Part shown: positions 23,218-34,764 of the stretch, one piece after another
How the letters are laid out: every line of letters begins with the position of its first letter
Numbering within the stretch: the first letter of the stretch is position 1
Source of the DNA: Longimicrobiales bacterium
Lineage (GTDB): Bacteria > Gemmatimonadota > Gemmatimonadetes > Longimicrobiales > Gaopeijiaceae
Reading direction: 5' to 3'
NCBI GenBank assembly: GCA_965198065.1
Contig: CBDAON010000004.1
Coordinates: 2,048,001-2,112,000 of the forward strand
DNA: 64,000 nt
Program-made: the position numbers and the translations under genes
The notes under the pieces: model-generated
Database searches by the model: none
Told to the model about the DNA's origin: nothing
Seen by the model: the letters and a program-made list of their open reading frames with translations, nothing else

Positions 23218-24843
23218 TCGCCGTGACGTGATCGGGGTCGAATCGCCCGCTAACTGTTGCCCTGTGGCCTCGAGGAAACGACGTGCCTCCTGATACCCGT
23301 CGAACGACTCACGGCCGGCCCACACCTCGGTCAGCTGCCTATACGCGTTGGCGGCACCCGCGTGGTCACCGGTCTCGGCATACGCCCGTGCGAGGCCGAG
23401 CAGAGATCGCGGTCGGTTCGGCATCCGCAGGAGCGACGTCTCGAACTTCTCGATCGCGGCGGCGGGCCGGTCCAGATCGAGCAGGATCTCACCGTACAGC
23501 TCGTGCACGGGCTTCACCGGTGAGGCCGCGCCTCGCGGGTCGGCCCCAGCTTCGACGATCGCCTGCGCCTCGTCCATGAGGCCGATTGCCACGCTCACAT
23601 GTCCCATACCCGCATGGCGTAGCGCGCCGACCTGCTTTGCCATGATGTTGGCATTCGTGTCTCCGTCGGGCCCGTTGTCTGCCATCTCCACGAGCGCCGC
23701 CTCGGCTTGAGCCAGCGTTGCCTGATCACCCGTGTGGGCTGCGCTCATCCCGGTCGCGAGAAGCTCGTGCATCGATGACTCGTCCATGATCGGCCGAACC
23801 TCCCACTCCTCCGTTTCGACGATGTAACGGGCCTTCATCAGCGGGACCGTATTGGTAGCCCTAGCTTGGCCCGGCGCGCCCTGCGGGCCGCCCTCGAGGA
23901 AGCGGCCCTCGAAGGCCATACTCTCGAGCCGCTCGATCCACAATCTCGCCTTGGCGTAGTCCCCGAGCTGGAGGTCACCGTACTGACCCCAATCCAGGGG
24001 GTGGACTGCGTCTCCCATGGGGTCGTCCGGCCGCCACAGCTCTCGCGCGGCCGTGTAGGCGGACTCGTTGTTGCCCGAAACCCGATCCCACATGCCGTGT
24101 TGAATGAAGATGTGCGTCGGCATGTGCCTCGCGTGGGCCACCGCAGGAGCGATCTCGGAAAAACGGTACGCCGCCTCCAATGCGAGGGGAGCGACGATGG
24201 GATTGTCGAACGCGTGGATCGTATAGTGGGCGGCACCGGGATGGTCCGGATTGTGCTCGAATAGATTCAAAGCGATGGTGCCCGCCCGTATGTTGAGCCG
24301 CTGCGTCAAATCGCGCGTGGCGGTGGAGGCGCTCAACACCGATAGCGCGTAGAACGCCGCTACTTCGGTATCGTCGGCGTACTGCTCGTAAAGCCGGCTC
24401 ATCGCCTCCATGTAGGTGACCCTGCGGTCCACGTGATCCCCCTCTCCCCAAAGGATCTCGACCGCGCTCAGAAAGCCCTTTTCGCGCTCGGTGGGAGCTT
24501 TGGCCAGTCGCTCTGCCGGCGTCGATCCCAACCGCATGAGTGTCTGGTGCGGAAGGGTCGCGTCCATTTGTGAAGTTAGGGGGTGGTTGTATGCGAGCGA
24601 CTCTCCCCAGTACGCCATGGCGAAGTCCGGGTCGATCTCCTGAGCGGCATGGAACTCCTCGCGGGCCTGTATCCAACCGAAGCTGTGCAGAAAAGCTGCC
24701 CCGCGCAGGAAGTGGTTCTGCGCTTCGGGCGATGCCGACGTGGGAAATTCGAAAGAGCCCACGTTCTCGAACTGAGCCTGGGTGGGACTCGCGCTCAGAA
24801 CGAGCAGGATAGCGACGAGAAAAACGGCTGGTGCACGGATCAT
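23215..24843 (-). CDS. Exported tetratricopeptide-repeat-like helical protein
   Basis: Signal peptide; EAQNHFLRG..LHSF, DPDFAMAYWG, HPGAAHYTIH, HARHMPTHIF; the stop codon lies in the IS3 end. Confidence 0.8.
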   Translation of the reverse strand: MIRAPAVFLVAILLVLSASPTQAQFENVGSFEFPTSASPEAQNHFLRGAAFLHSFGWIQAREEFHAAQEIDPDFAMAYWGESLAYNHPLTSQMDATLPHQTLMRLGSTPAERLAKAPTEREKGFLSAVEILWGEGDHVDRRVTYMEAMSRLYEQYADDTEVAAFYALSVLSASTATRDLTQRLNIRAGTIALNLFEHNPDHPGAAHYTIHAFDNPIVAPLALEAAYRFSEIAPAVAHARHMPTHIFIQHGMWDRVSGNNESAYTAARELWRPDDPMGDAVHPLDWGQYGDLQLGDYAKARLWIERLESMAFEGRFLEGGPQGAPGQARATNTVPLMKARYIVETEEWEVRPIMDESSMHELLATGMSAAHTGDQATLAQAEAALVEMADNGPDGDTNANIMAKQVGALRHAGMGHVSVAIGLMDEAQAIVEAGADPRGAASPVKPVHELYGEILLDLDRPAAAIEKFETSLLRMPNRPRSLLGLARAYAETGDHAGAANAYRQLTEVWAGRESFDGYQEARRFLEATGQQLAGDSTPITSRR

Positions 24844-24958
24844 TGCTCTCTCCTCATCGAAACGGCCACAAACGGGCGCGGAGCCTCGGCGACGTGATGG
24901 TTGAAGAATAACGCCAAGGAAGCGAAAGGGGATTATACGCCTGACTTGACAGAAGGGT

Positions 24959-26160
24959 AGGTCAGGATGGGAAGGAAGCGACACACTCCGGAGCAGATCA
25001 TCACTGCAGTGCGGGAGGCAGAGGTCGGTCTGGCCGGCGGCAAATCCGTGAAGCTGATCAGGGGGGAGCTCGGCATCACCGAGCAGACGTACTACCGGTG
25101 GAGGCGGGAGTACGGCGGGATGAAGGTGAGCCAGGCACGGCGCCTGAAGGAGCTCGAGCGCGAGAACGGGCGCCTGAAGCGAGCAGTGGCGGACTTGACA
25201 CTGGACAAGCTGATCGTGGAGGAAGCGGCCAAGGGAAACTTCTGAGCCCCGAGGGCCGACGACGTTGTGTGGTGCGTGTACGTCAGCAGCTCGGGGCGTC
25301 GGAGAGGAGAGCGTGCCGGGTGCTCGGGCAGCCACGCACGACCCAGCGCGGGGCGAGGAAAGTGGCGAGTGACGAGGGGGCGCTCCGAGGTGATATCGTG
25401 CGACTCGCGAGTCGATTCGGCCGCTACGGCTAGCGACGCGTCACGGACACGCTCCGCATCGAGGGCTGGGGGGTGAAGCACAAGCGGGTGGAGCGGATCT
25501 GGAGGCAGGAGGGGCTGAAGGTCCCGGAGCGGCAGCCGAAGCGAGGTCGGCTGTGGCTCAACGACGGATCGTGCATCCGGCTGAGGCCGGCTGTATCGGG
25601 GCCACGTCTGGTCGTACGACTTCGTGGCCTCGAGGACGCACGACGGGCGTGCGCTGAAGCTGCTGACAGTGCTGGACGAGCACACGAGGGAGTGCCTGGC
25701 GATCGTGGTGGCTCGCAAGATCCGCTCGCACGACGTGCTCGAGGTGCTGGACGATCTGTTCGTCCGACACGGGCCCTCCCGAGTATCTGAGGTCGGACAA
25801 CGGACCGGAGTTCACCGCGAAGCCCGTGCGGCGGTGGTTGGGGCGCGTGGGCGTCGAGACGCTCTTTATCGAGCCGGGCAGCCCGTGGGAGAACGGCTAC
25901 AACGAGAGCTTCAACGGCAAGCTCAGGGACGAGCTGTTGAACGGGGAGATCTTCTGCTCGTTGGCGGAGGCGGCCGTGCTGGTCGAGCAATGGAGGCGCG
26001 AGTACGATACCGTCCGACCCCACAGCGCCTGCGGCGGCTTTCCCCCGGCCCCTGAGGCGATTAAGCCGTCGCCCTGGTTCCTGAGGATGCCCGTCCTTCA
26101 CCGCCCTCCACAGGTGCTGGGACTAACATAGGTTGTGGTACCGCTCTTCGGGGCAGGTCA
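24959..26160 (+). mobile_element. IS3-family element type A, copy 1 (left end missing, orfB inactivated)
   Basis: orfA 24967-25245 (HTH, EQTYYRWRREYGG); orfB with TAG at 25431 and frameshifts; right end GGTACCGCTCTTCGGGGCAGGTCA. Confidence 0.9.
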
Positions 26161-26400
26161 CTGGCGCGAGAGCTTGAGGATCGCGTCGAGAGAGCTAACA
26201 GCAGTTAGCGGCAAGTATTTCTGAAAACGGAGTCTGGTTCTCGGGGGCTTCGGCGAGCCGATTCCCGCTGTTGTTCCCGCTGTTCGGTGCCAGATTCCCG
26301 CTGTTGAGACACGGCAGGCTGTCGTATTGGCTGACGGCAAGTGCGGCAGATCGTGCAGCCCTGGTTGAACTTGTGCGGTTTTTGCCGTAATTCGTGCCAC

Positions 26401-26526
26401 CGGCACTCCGCCGAGGCGGCCTATCGGCGCACGGACCTGTTCGAGCAGCGCCGTCGGCTCATGAACGATTGGGCGGCGTACCTGGACGACAAGAGTCGCG
26501 ACCCGGAGGCCGGACCGGTCCGTTGA
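26401..26526 (+). pseudogene. C-terminal tail of a P4-like tyrosine integrase
   Basis: EAAYRRTDLFEQRRRLMNDWAAYL. Confidence 0.65.
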
Positions 26527-26792
26527 TCTGCCGTCTTTGTCTCAACACGGAGCGACTGATATCCGCAGAGATCGATCGCCGGAGCGTCCCCGTGGAGCGA
26601 AGGAAGCGCGCGCAAACACTAGCGCCGGAGTCCAACTATGCGTGGTCCACTTGACGGGGAAAGCCTTCCGACCCAGGCCCCTGTCGCAAGCGAAGGGGTG
26701 GGAGGTTCGCTACGCTACGCAGTCGTCGGTGGCGGTCGCTCAAGCCGCGCGCCTGTTGCGCGCTGACGTTCGGGCGCGCAGGCCCGAACGAT

Positions 26793-27341
26793 CTACGACG
26801 TAGTCTCCGCCGGCGCCTGCTGCGCCATGCGCTCCTGCATCTGTCGGGTGAGATGCGGCACCAGACCGATCATGCGCTGAAGCAGCATGAGTTGACCGCG
26901 GTGGTGCATCTCGTGCTCCTTTGGCGACAAGAGCATCTCGAAACGCGTTTTGGTCGCCGGCTCCGCGCCGGGGGGCATCGCGACGGGTTCCGCAAGAAAC
27001 TCATCCGACAGGCCCTCGAGGAACGACGCGAAAGCCTCTCCCTGTGATTTGAGGTAGGCGATCGTTTCTGCTTTGGTCCGCGGCTTGGCCTCTTCCGCGC
27101 TGAACTTCTGGAACAGCTCCATGAAGTTCACGTCCTTGAGGTCGGTGACCTTGTTGCGCTGGATATAGTCCTGAAACCCGGTGCTCACCGCGATGTGGAC
27201 CAGGGTGGCACCGATGCTGCGCGTGTCGGGACTCGCCTGGAATCCGTACTTGTCCCCTGGAATGTCCTCGGCGGTCTGAATGGTGTTGCCGCGAACCTGG
27301 CGAAAGCTTCGTGCCAGGTCCTTGCCTCCATAGTGCGTCAT
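26793..27341 (-). CDS. DinB-family protein
   Basis: RSIGATLVHI and C-terminal EHEMHHRGQLMLLQRMIGLVP. Confidence 0.85.
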   Translation of the reverse strand: MTHYGGKDLARSFRQVRGNTIQTAEDIPGDKYGFQASPDTRSIGATLVHIAVSTGFQDYIQRNKVTDLKDVNFMELFQKFSAEEAKPRTKAETIAYLKSQGEAFASFLEGLSDEFLAEPVAMPPGAEPATKTRFEMLLSPKEHEMHHRGQLMLLQRMIGLVPHLTRQMQERMAQQAPAETTS

Positions 27342-27499
27342 TGCGATGTCTCCTCCAATTTCGATATCAAGATCTACTCAAGCTGGCTCGACAGCCAAGA
27401 TACTGGGCTCGAGCCAGCCGTGAACCCGCCATGCTGGGCATCAAAAACGGTCGTCGGCCTCAACTTGACAATACCCCGGAACTGTCTGTCAGCTCTGGC

Positions 27500-27758
27500 C
27501 GGCGAGCGGCTTGCCACCATTTCGCACTCCATGTATCGGCTGGAGCGAACCGGGCTCGCATGGATTTTGGATGCTCCGGACCCGAGTTCCTCCTTCCCGT
27601 CGCTCAAGCAGCATGAGATGAAGCAATTCGGAGAGTACCGCACTCAGCGCTACGCACTGCGCGTATTCGACCAACTAGAGCGTGGAGAGGTGCCGAATCT
27701 AATAGGTAGCCCGTCGGGCCGCACTCTCACCCGTCCGTTCGGTAGTGGGTCATTTTGA
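27500..27758 (+). pseudogene. C-terminal remnant of a type IIG/Eco57I-like restriction-modification enzyme
   Basis: YRLERTGLAWILD..SFPSLKQHEMKQFGEYRTQRYAL resembles the GEYRT tail of large N6-methylase/endonuclease fusions. Confidence 0.5.
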
Positions 27759-27809
27759 ATTCGCGGTCGTGCGGTACGCCCTTCGGGCCTAAAAGAAGGA
27801 CGAGAGCTC

Positions 27810-29167
27810 ATGGAACAGCCTGGCACGTCGCCGGGAGCGGTGAGCGGCGAACCGACCCTTCAGCGCACCATCGGGTTGTGGCAGATGACGCTCTACGGGG
27901 CGGGCAGCATGCTTGGTGCAGGGATCTACGGCTTGCTGGGACAAGTTGCTGCCGAGATGGGCTCCGCAATCTGGCTGGCCTTTGCGCTGTCCATGGTCGC
28001 GGCGGGGCTGACGGGGCTGTCCTATGCCTCGCTCGGATCGCGCTACCCGCGCGCAGGCGGTGCCGCTTTCATCACCCACCGGGCCTATCGCCGCACCCTG
28101 CTGACTCAATGTGGTAGGCCTCAGCGTGGCCTGCTCGGGCTTCACTTCGATCGCCGCCGGCGCACGCGTCGTGGGTGAGAATCTGCAGGCCCTGCCCGCT
28201 CTCCAGGGCCTGCCGACTGGCATGTTGGCGTTCATATATCTTGTCTTCGTGGGCGCCCTCGTGTACCGCGGTATCCGGGAATCCATGTGGGCCAATGTCG
28301 TCTTCACGTTGGTGGAGGCAGCGGGCCTGCTGTTCGTGATCGCGGTGTGCCTGCGTTTTTGGGGTTCGGCGAACCTGCTTGAGTTCCCATCCCTTCCGGA
28401 GACAGAGGCGGGCCTTCCCCTCGTATTCCTGGTGCAGGGAGTCGTGCTCACCTTCTACTCCTTCCTCGGATTTGAAGACGCGATCAACGTCGCCGAGGAA
28501 CTGAAGACCGAGCGGCATGTTGCGCTGCGGATTCGACGGTCAGCACCAGGGCCGACACCAGACCCTCATCTACATGGGCGTGGCGATCAGCGCAGCCTCG
28601 GTGGTGCCGTGGCAGGAATTGGCGGAGGCCAATGCGCCGCTGGTCGAAGTCGTGGCGCGCGCGGCACCCTGGTTCCCGGCCTGGATGTTCATTGCGATTA
28701 CCATCTTCGCGGTGGCGAATACCGGGCTGATCAACTATGTCACCGCATCACGCCTCCTGTATGGTATGGCGCGGGACGGCCAGCTGCCGCGAGTTCTCGG
28801 CAAGGTTCATCCGGCGCGCCGCACACCCCATGTGGCTGTGGCGCTCATCTTCGTGCTGATCGTGCTCCTGATCCTGTCGGGGGACATTTCGCAGCTGGCT
28901 TCGGCTACGGTGCTCCTCCTCCTCCTGGTGTTCTCGGTCGTAAACAGTGCGCTTGTCATCCTGAAGCTCAGACCTGATGAACCCGAGGGCGCCTTCGAGC
29001 TGCCGATCACCGTGCCCGCGCTCGGCGCGGTCGTCTGCTTCGCGATGTTCGCGGCCCGGGTCGGGGCTGGCGACTGGCGCGCGCCGGTGATCGCGGGCGT
29101 CCTGCTCGTGGGTGTCCTCGCGGTCCATCTCGTGCTCCGTCCACAGCTCTCCAAGAGTGGCGAATAG
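27810..29167 (+). CDS. APC-family amino acid permease (two frameshifted junctions)
   Basis: GSMLGAGIYGL, YPRAGG, FLGFED..NVAEE, SRLLYGMARDG..RRTPH spread across three ORFs. Confidence 0.8.
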
Positions 29168-29655
29168 CGTGCGTGTTGGTAGTGCGATGAGGTGTTCGGC
29201 GGCGGTCGGACTCGTCCGAGGGACATTCTAGAGGTAGGGGGCCTGCTTCGTCTCAGGCCTCGATACCGCCGTATGCAAAGCGTGGCGCGGGCCGACCACG
29301 GCCCCTCGTTCCGCACACGCTGTCCTGCGAAGGGTTCGGCGCACGGCCGCACGGGCGGTCGGTTTAGCGGCTAGGCCGGCCCGGCCAGTGAACCCGAAGC
29401 CTCGGGTCCCACGGGTACCTCGATCTGGCGGTCGCCATCGCCGTCCGTGACGAGCCACCGCCCGGGAGCCCTGAGTCGTAGAGCGAACCGAGCTTCACCG
29501 ACCCGACTGCGCAGGGTCGTTGATTCGGCTCGTCCCTCGAATCCGAGGCCGGGACGCCGGCAAGGCGCGGGCGACAGGGCGAAGCGCCGCGGGAGGGGCC
29601 GAAGGTTGGCGAGCGGGGAGGGAGGGCGCCACTGCTGAGCTCTCGCTGGCCCGCC

Positions 29656-30219
29656 TTATCGGGGTCTTCTCGGAGATTCCCGCGGGAGCGCGCCGGGGAT
29701 CAGGCCCGCGGCCTGAAGTTCCTCGATGAAGCCGAACATCTCCCGCTCCTCGATCCGGTCGGGATAGAGGATCCCGTCGAGATGGTCGCATTCATGCTGG
29801 ATGATGCGCGCGTGAAACCCCTCCGCCTTTCCCTCGACCTCCCGGCCGTCGGCATCCAGCCCCCGGTAGTGGATCCGCTCGTATCGCGGAACCAGGCCGC
29901 GCATCCCCGGAAGGCTGAGACAACCCTCCCACTCTGAACGCACGGCTTGGCCCGCAGGCGCGATCTCGGGATTCATGAGGACGGTCCGGGGGACGGGAGC
30001 GGCGTCCGGATAGCGGGGGTTCTCGTCGACCCCGAAGACGATGATGCACAGCGGCACATCGATCTGAGGTGCGGCGAGCCCTACTCCGTCGCAGGCGTTC
30101 ATGGTCTCGAGCATATCCTCGACCAGGGCCGGGAGCGTGTCATCGTCGAGTCGCTCTACCTCGTTCGCCCTGCGCCTGAGCTGCGGATGGCCTATCCGCA
30201 GGACTTCGCGTAGCGCCAT
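29656..30219 (-). CDS. def: Peptide deformylase
   Basis: GVGLAAPQI, EGCLSLPG, QHECDHLDG. Confidence 0.95.
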   Translation of the reverse strand: MALREVLRIGHPQLRRRANEVERLDDDTLPALVEDMLETMNACDGVGLAAPQIDVPLCIIVFGVDENPRYPDAAPVPRTVLMNPEIAPAGQAVRSEWEGCLSLPGMRGLVPRYERIHYRGLDADGREVEGKAEGFHARIIQHECDHLDGILYPDRIEEREMFGFIEELQAAGLIPGALPRESPRRPR

Positions 30220-30279
30220 GGACCGTACGCCTCCTGTGCCCCGCTAGGGTCGCGTGGATTCCCGTTCAGAAAAGCGTGA

Positions 30280-30471
30280 ACTGCTGGGCCCGCTCCCGTA
30301 CCCAACCCTCCAGCTCCTCCCACGTCGGCCGGCTGGACTCACTCCCCACTCCCGCGATATATCCTCTCTCATGAGGCGTCGTTCCTTTCCCCGGGCACCA
30401 TCCCGGGATTCGCTGTGACGGTCAGCCGAAAGGTACGGCGCCTCTCTTTTTACACACCTTTTGATCCTACC
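30280..30471 (-). mobile_element. Probable IS256-family left-end remnant
   Basis: End GGTAGGATCAAAAGGTGTGTAAA followed by degenerate ESSRPTWEELEGWVRERAQQF, like IS256 transposase N-termini. Confidence 0.45.
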
Positions 30472-30473
30472 TC

Positions 30474-31149
30474 TCAGCCACAGCCTTCCTCGTTTCGGCT
30501 GCTTGCTTGGCACCTTGAGCCCCTCCTGTCTCCAGATCCGCTCCACCCGCTTGTGGTTCACGGCCCAGCCCTCCGTCCTCAGCATCCCGGTCACCATCCG
30601 GTACCCGCAGCGCCCGAACCTGCGAGCCACCTTCACCACGTCCTCTCTCAGCGCCTCCTCATCTTCGCTTCGCTTCGGTATCCGACGCTGCGTCGAGCGT
30701 GCCTGGCCCAACACCCGGCACGCCTTGCGCTCACTCACCCCAAGCCGCTGGCGTACTTGCACCACGCAGCGTCTGCGCCGCTCGGGGCTTAGAAGTTTCC
30801 CTCGGAGGCTTCCTTCAAGATCAGCTTGTCCAGCGTCAGCTCTGCCACCGCCCGCTTCAGCTGTTGGTTCTCCTTCTCGAGCTCCTTGAGACGCTTCGCC
30901 TGGCTCAGCTTCATTCCCCCGTACTCCCGCCGCCATCGGTAGTACGTTTGCTCGCTCACCCCCAGGTCTCGCCACACCTCTTTGGTCGTATTGCCGTTCG
31001 CCAGGGCCACCTCCGCCTTGCGTAGCCGGTTGATGATCTGTGCCGGACTCAGCCTCTTTGGTGCGGCCATTGTGTGCCCTCCCCTTTCGTGTCTTGACCC
31101 CGTCCAGATTCTAAAACTGGACTCGGTCTCGTTTTAGGGGGGTAGATCA
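30474..31149 (-). mobile_element. IS3-family element type B, copy 1 (3'-truncated)
   Basis: Left end TGATCTACCCCCCTAAAACGAGACC; intact orfA 30789-31070; orfB cut after RGRLWL. Confidence 0.88.
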
Positions 31150-31204
31150 TCCATGCGTCGCCCTCCATGACCTGACTCACTCTTGGTGCCACCCTCCTTG
31201 TTCG

Positions 31205-31555
31205 CCCGACGGTCACTCCTCTCTCGGCCAAGTCTCGCCGGTCAACTTCGAACGCCGCCATGCCCGGGAGGCCGCCGCGTGAGCGCCCCCTACGCCCGGT
31301 TCTTTACTCCCCCGCTTCGCGGGGGAAGCTTCCCTCTCCCTCGGGCGAGGGATGTAGTGAAAACCTCAGTGTTCACCCGTCCACTAAACCGGGACAGCTC
31401 CATACCGTCCGACCCCACAGCGCCTGCGGCGGCTTTCCCCCGGCCCCTGAGGCGATTAAGCCGTCACCCTGGTTCCTGAGGATGCCCGTCCTTCACGGCC
31501 CTCCACAGGTGCTGGGACTAACATAGGATGTGGTACCGCTCTTGGGGGCAGGTCA
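31205..31555 (+). mobile_element. Nested IS3 right-end remnants (a third IS3 type at 31205-31402; type A end at 31403-31555)
   Basis: HSSLGQVSPVNFERR* followed by CCGTCCACTAAACCGGGACAGCTCCA; then a near-copy of the type A 3' end finishing GGGGCAGGTCA. Confidence 0.7.
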
Positions 31556-31916
31556 CCCGGGCCGAGTCGATATCTGCGGTGGTTGGGAAGGGAGCGGGGG
31601 GAGCTTCTCGACCCCTGCACCGGGCAGCCCTACTCGGGAGACCAGACGGCGAGCTCGTTTCCACTCGGATCAACGAAATGAAATCGGCGTCCACCCGGGA
31701 ACCCAAACGGCCCTTTCACTATGCTGGCGCCGGCCGAGCGTACCGAAGGCAGCGGCAAACATTCGCTCTTCCAGCCGCGACCCGGCTGCCCTCACTCAGT
31801 TGCCTGGGTCATCGGTCCTCCGGTATGTTGCCGATCCTCATCCGTAGGAATGGGTTCTGATGGCCGTGGTGGCGGCCGTTCACACTCCGAGTTCGAATTC
31901 ACGCCAGGGGAAACCG

Positions 31917-32957
31917 ATGACGCTTCCACGCACGTCATTTCGCGACTTCTTTGCCGTCCCGCCGATCTGCTTGCTCGTGCTTTGCTTCGCAAGCGTCGAG
32001 CTGCGGGCGCAGGGGGATCAACCACCGGCCGAACCGCCGGCCGACTGGGGGCCGATCTCCATCAACATGGAGGAGATCGAGTATCCCCATCCCGTGCACC
32101 TCCTGAACCTCAATCTGTATGGGCAGGACGTCCGGATCGCGTATATGGATGTGCCGCCGGTCGGGCCGCCCAACGGCCGGACCGTGGTGTTCCTTCACGG
32201 TGGGAGCTACTACGGCTGGTATTGGAAAGAACAGATCGAGGCCCTCCGTAACGAGGGCTTCCGTGTCGTCGTGAAGGATCGGCTCGGGTGGGGCAAGTCC
32301 TCCAAGCCAATCCTTCCCTACAGCATCAGCCTGCACGCCTCGAACACGGCACGGGTCCTCGAGCACCTGAGGATCTCCGAAGCGGCGGTCGTGGGTCATT
32401 CGATCGGGGGGCAGATGGCCACCCGTTTCGCCTTTCTCTACCCGGAGATGACGACGCACCTCGTCCTGGTCAATGCCGTCGGTCTCACCGACAACCGAGC
32501 GGGCCGTGGCTTCCGCCCGATGAGCGGGGAGATCGAGGTGGATGCGGATCCTCAGGAGGTCTACGAATCAGGCGTGCGAACCGATCTGAACCGCTATGTG
32601 AATTGGAGACCGCAGTTCATGGAACACCTCCGCATTCGCTATGGACAGGCCTTGAGTGGCGAGTGGCCACGGCTCCGGTACGTTCGCTCTCTGGGAGGCA
32701 ACCTCCGCTCGATCGACAGCGTGGTGAACGACTGGCCCCACATCCAGACGAAGGCCATGGTGCTCGGTGGGGCGGAAGATGGGCCGAACTTCCCGGAGAA
32801 TGCCCGGAGGGCGGCTGAGTCGCTCCCGAACGCCGAGCTCGTGCTCATCCCGAACGTGGGTCACAACCCGCACGAAGAGGTGCCCGAGATCGTGAACGCA
32901 GAGCTGATCCGGTTCCTCTCCTCGGACCCGGACGAACCCGCTTTGGAGGACTGGTAG
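31917..32957 (+). CDS. Exported alpha/beta hydrolase
   Basis: FLHG, GWGKSSKP, GHSIGG nucleophile elbow, GHNPHEE. Confidence 0.88.
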   Translation: MTLPRTSFRDFFAVPPICLLVLCFASVELRAQGDQPPAEPPADWGPISINMEEIEYPHPVHLLNLNLYGQDVRIAYMDVPPVGPPNGRTVVFLHGGSYYGWYWKEQIEALRNEGFRVVVKDRLGWGKSSKPILPYSISLHASNTARVLEHLRISEAAVVGHSIGGQMATRFAFLYPEMTTHLVLVNAVGLTDNRAGRGFRPMSGEIEVDADPQEVYESGVRTDLNRYVNWRPQFMEHLRIRYGQALSGEWPRLRYVRSLGGNLRSIDSVVNDWPHIQTKAMVLGGAEDGPNFPENARRAAESLPNAELVLIPNVGHNPHEEVPEIVNAELIRFLSSDPDEPALEDW

Positions 32958-33103
32958 GAGCCACTCGCGCTCCCGACCCCGTCGTTCCGCCGGGTAGCCG
33001 GGCGACCCCGTCACCTCCGGCGGAGCGCGTAGGCGAGCTTGGACCTCCCTCGGCGCACCGCCCCCACCGAACCTCAATACAAGGGAAAACGCTCCGCGAG
33101 AAC

Positions 33104-33493
33104 CTATTTGACTACGGCGGTCCCGAGGGGGAAGCTCGCGGGGTTTCGGTCCAAGTCGTAGAGAACGTGATCTACGGCGTCTCCCGGGATCGCGCCGACG
33201 AGCGGCTTGAGGGTAAACGGAGTTGGCGAATCATCGGGCTCGGGCTCAATCGAAATCACGGCGGTACCGCCTGCGAGGTTCGTGGGAAATACGAGCCCGA
33301 TGGGGGCGTTCCCCAGGAAGTCCTCCCCCGGAAAATGCGGTTCTGGGTTGGGGCCCGAGAAGGGCGCCGCCTCGTCGGCACCCGACGGCGAGGTAAAACG
33401 TCCGGTGGTCACCGGAACCCCGTCGATGACGGCCCACCCCTCGTAATGCCAGCCGCCCGGAAGGGCGGGCAGGCTCAAAGACGGGCTCGGCCC
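33104..33493 (-). pseudogene. C-terminal part of a conserved hypothetical (anti-sigma-like domain) protein, truncated by IS3
   Basis: LPALPGGWHYEGWAVIDG..PFPGEDF-like..ISIEPEPD; the 5' part is replaced by the IS. Confidence 0.55.
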
Positions 33494-34764
33494 TGACCTG
33501 CCCCGAAGAGCGGTACCACAACCTATGTTAGTCCCAGCACCTGTGGAGGGCGGTGAAGGACGGGCATCCTCAGGAACCAGGGCGACGGCTTAATCGCCTC
33601 AGGGGCCGGGGGAAAGCCGCCGCAGGCGCTGTGGGGTCGGACGGTATCGTACTCGCGCCTCCATTGCTCGACCAGCACGGCCGCCTCCGCCAACGAGCAG
33701 AAGATCTCCCCGTTCAACAGCTCGTCCCTGAGCTTGCCGTTGAAGCTCTCGTTGTAGCCGTTCTCCCACGGGCTGCCCGGCTCGATAAAGAGCGTCTCGA
33801 CGCCCACGCGCCCCAACCACCGCCGCACGGGCTTCGCGGTGAACTCCGGTCCGTTGTCCGACCTCAGATACTCGGGAGGGCCCGTGTCGGACGAACAGAT
33901 CGTCCAGCACCTCGAGCACGTCGTGCGAGCGGATCTTGCGAGCCACCACGATCGCCAGGCACTCCCTCGTGTGCTCGTCCAGCACTGTCAGCAGCTTCAG
34001 CGCACGCCCGTCGTGCGTCCTCGAGGCCACGAAGTCGTACGACCAGACGTGGCCCCGATACAGCGGCCTCAGCCGGATGCACGATCCGTCGTTGAGCCAC
34101 AGCCGACCTCGCTTCGGCTGCCGCTCCGGGACCTTCAGCCCCTCCTGCCTCCAGATCCGCTCCACCCGCTTGTGCTTCACCCCCCAGCCCTCGATGCGGA
34201 GCGTGTCCGTGACGCGTCGCTAGCCGTAGCGGCCGAATCGACTCGCGAGTCGCACGATATCACCTCGGAGCGCCCCCTCGTCACTCGCCACTTTCCTCGC
34301 CCGGCGCTGGGTCGTGCGTGGCTGCCCGAGCACCCGGCACGCTCTCCTCTCCGACGCCCCGAGCTGCTGACGTACACGCACCACACAACGTCGTCGGCCC
34401 TCGGGGCTCAGAAGTTTCCCTTGGCCGCTTCCTCCACGATCAGCTTGTCCAGTGTCAAGTCCGCCACTGCTCGCTTCAGGCGCCCGTTCTCGCGCTCGAG
34501 CTCCTTCAGGCGCCGTGCCTGGCTCACCTTCATCCCGCCGTACTCCCGCCTCCACCGGTAGTACGTCTGCTCGGTGATGCCGAGCTCCCCCCTGATCAGC
34601 TTCACGGATTTGCCGCCGGCCAGACCGACCTCTGCCTCCCGCACTGCAGTGATGATCTGCTCCGGAGTGTGTCGCTTCCTTCCCATCCTGACCTCCTCGC
34701 TGAACGCTTCCGACCAGGTCCGATCCTAACATTACGCCTGGTCTCGTTTCAGCGGGTCAGGTCA
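33494..34764 (-). mobile_element. IS3-family element type A, copy 2 (full length, orfB inactivated)
   Basis: Imperfect inverted repeats TGACCTGCCCCG / TGACCTGACCCG; orfA 34408-34686; same TAG stop as copy 1. Confidence 0.92.

Noticed and set aside
24928..24958. GGGGATTATAC as a second IS1595 end
   Set aside because: Only 8 bp match the 6848 terminal repeat and no partner end was found; too weak to call.
24844..25335. N-terminal extension of the 706-aa ORF
   Set aside because: It is antisense to IS3; the real protein starts at the signal peptide at 24843.
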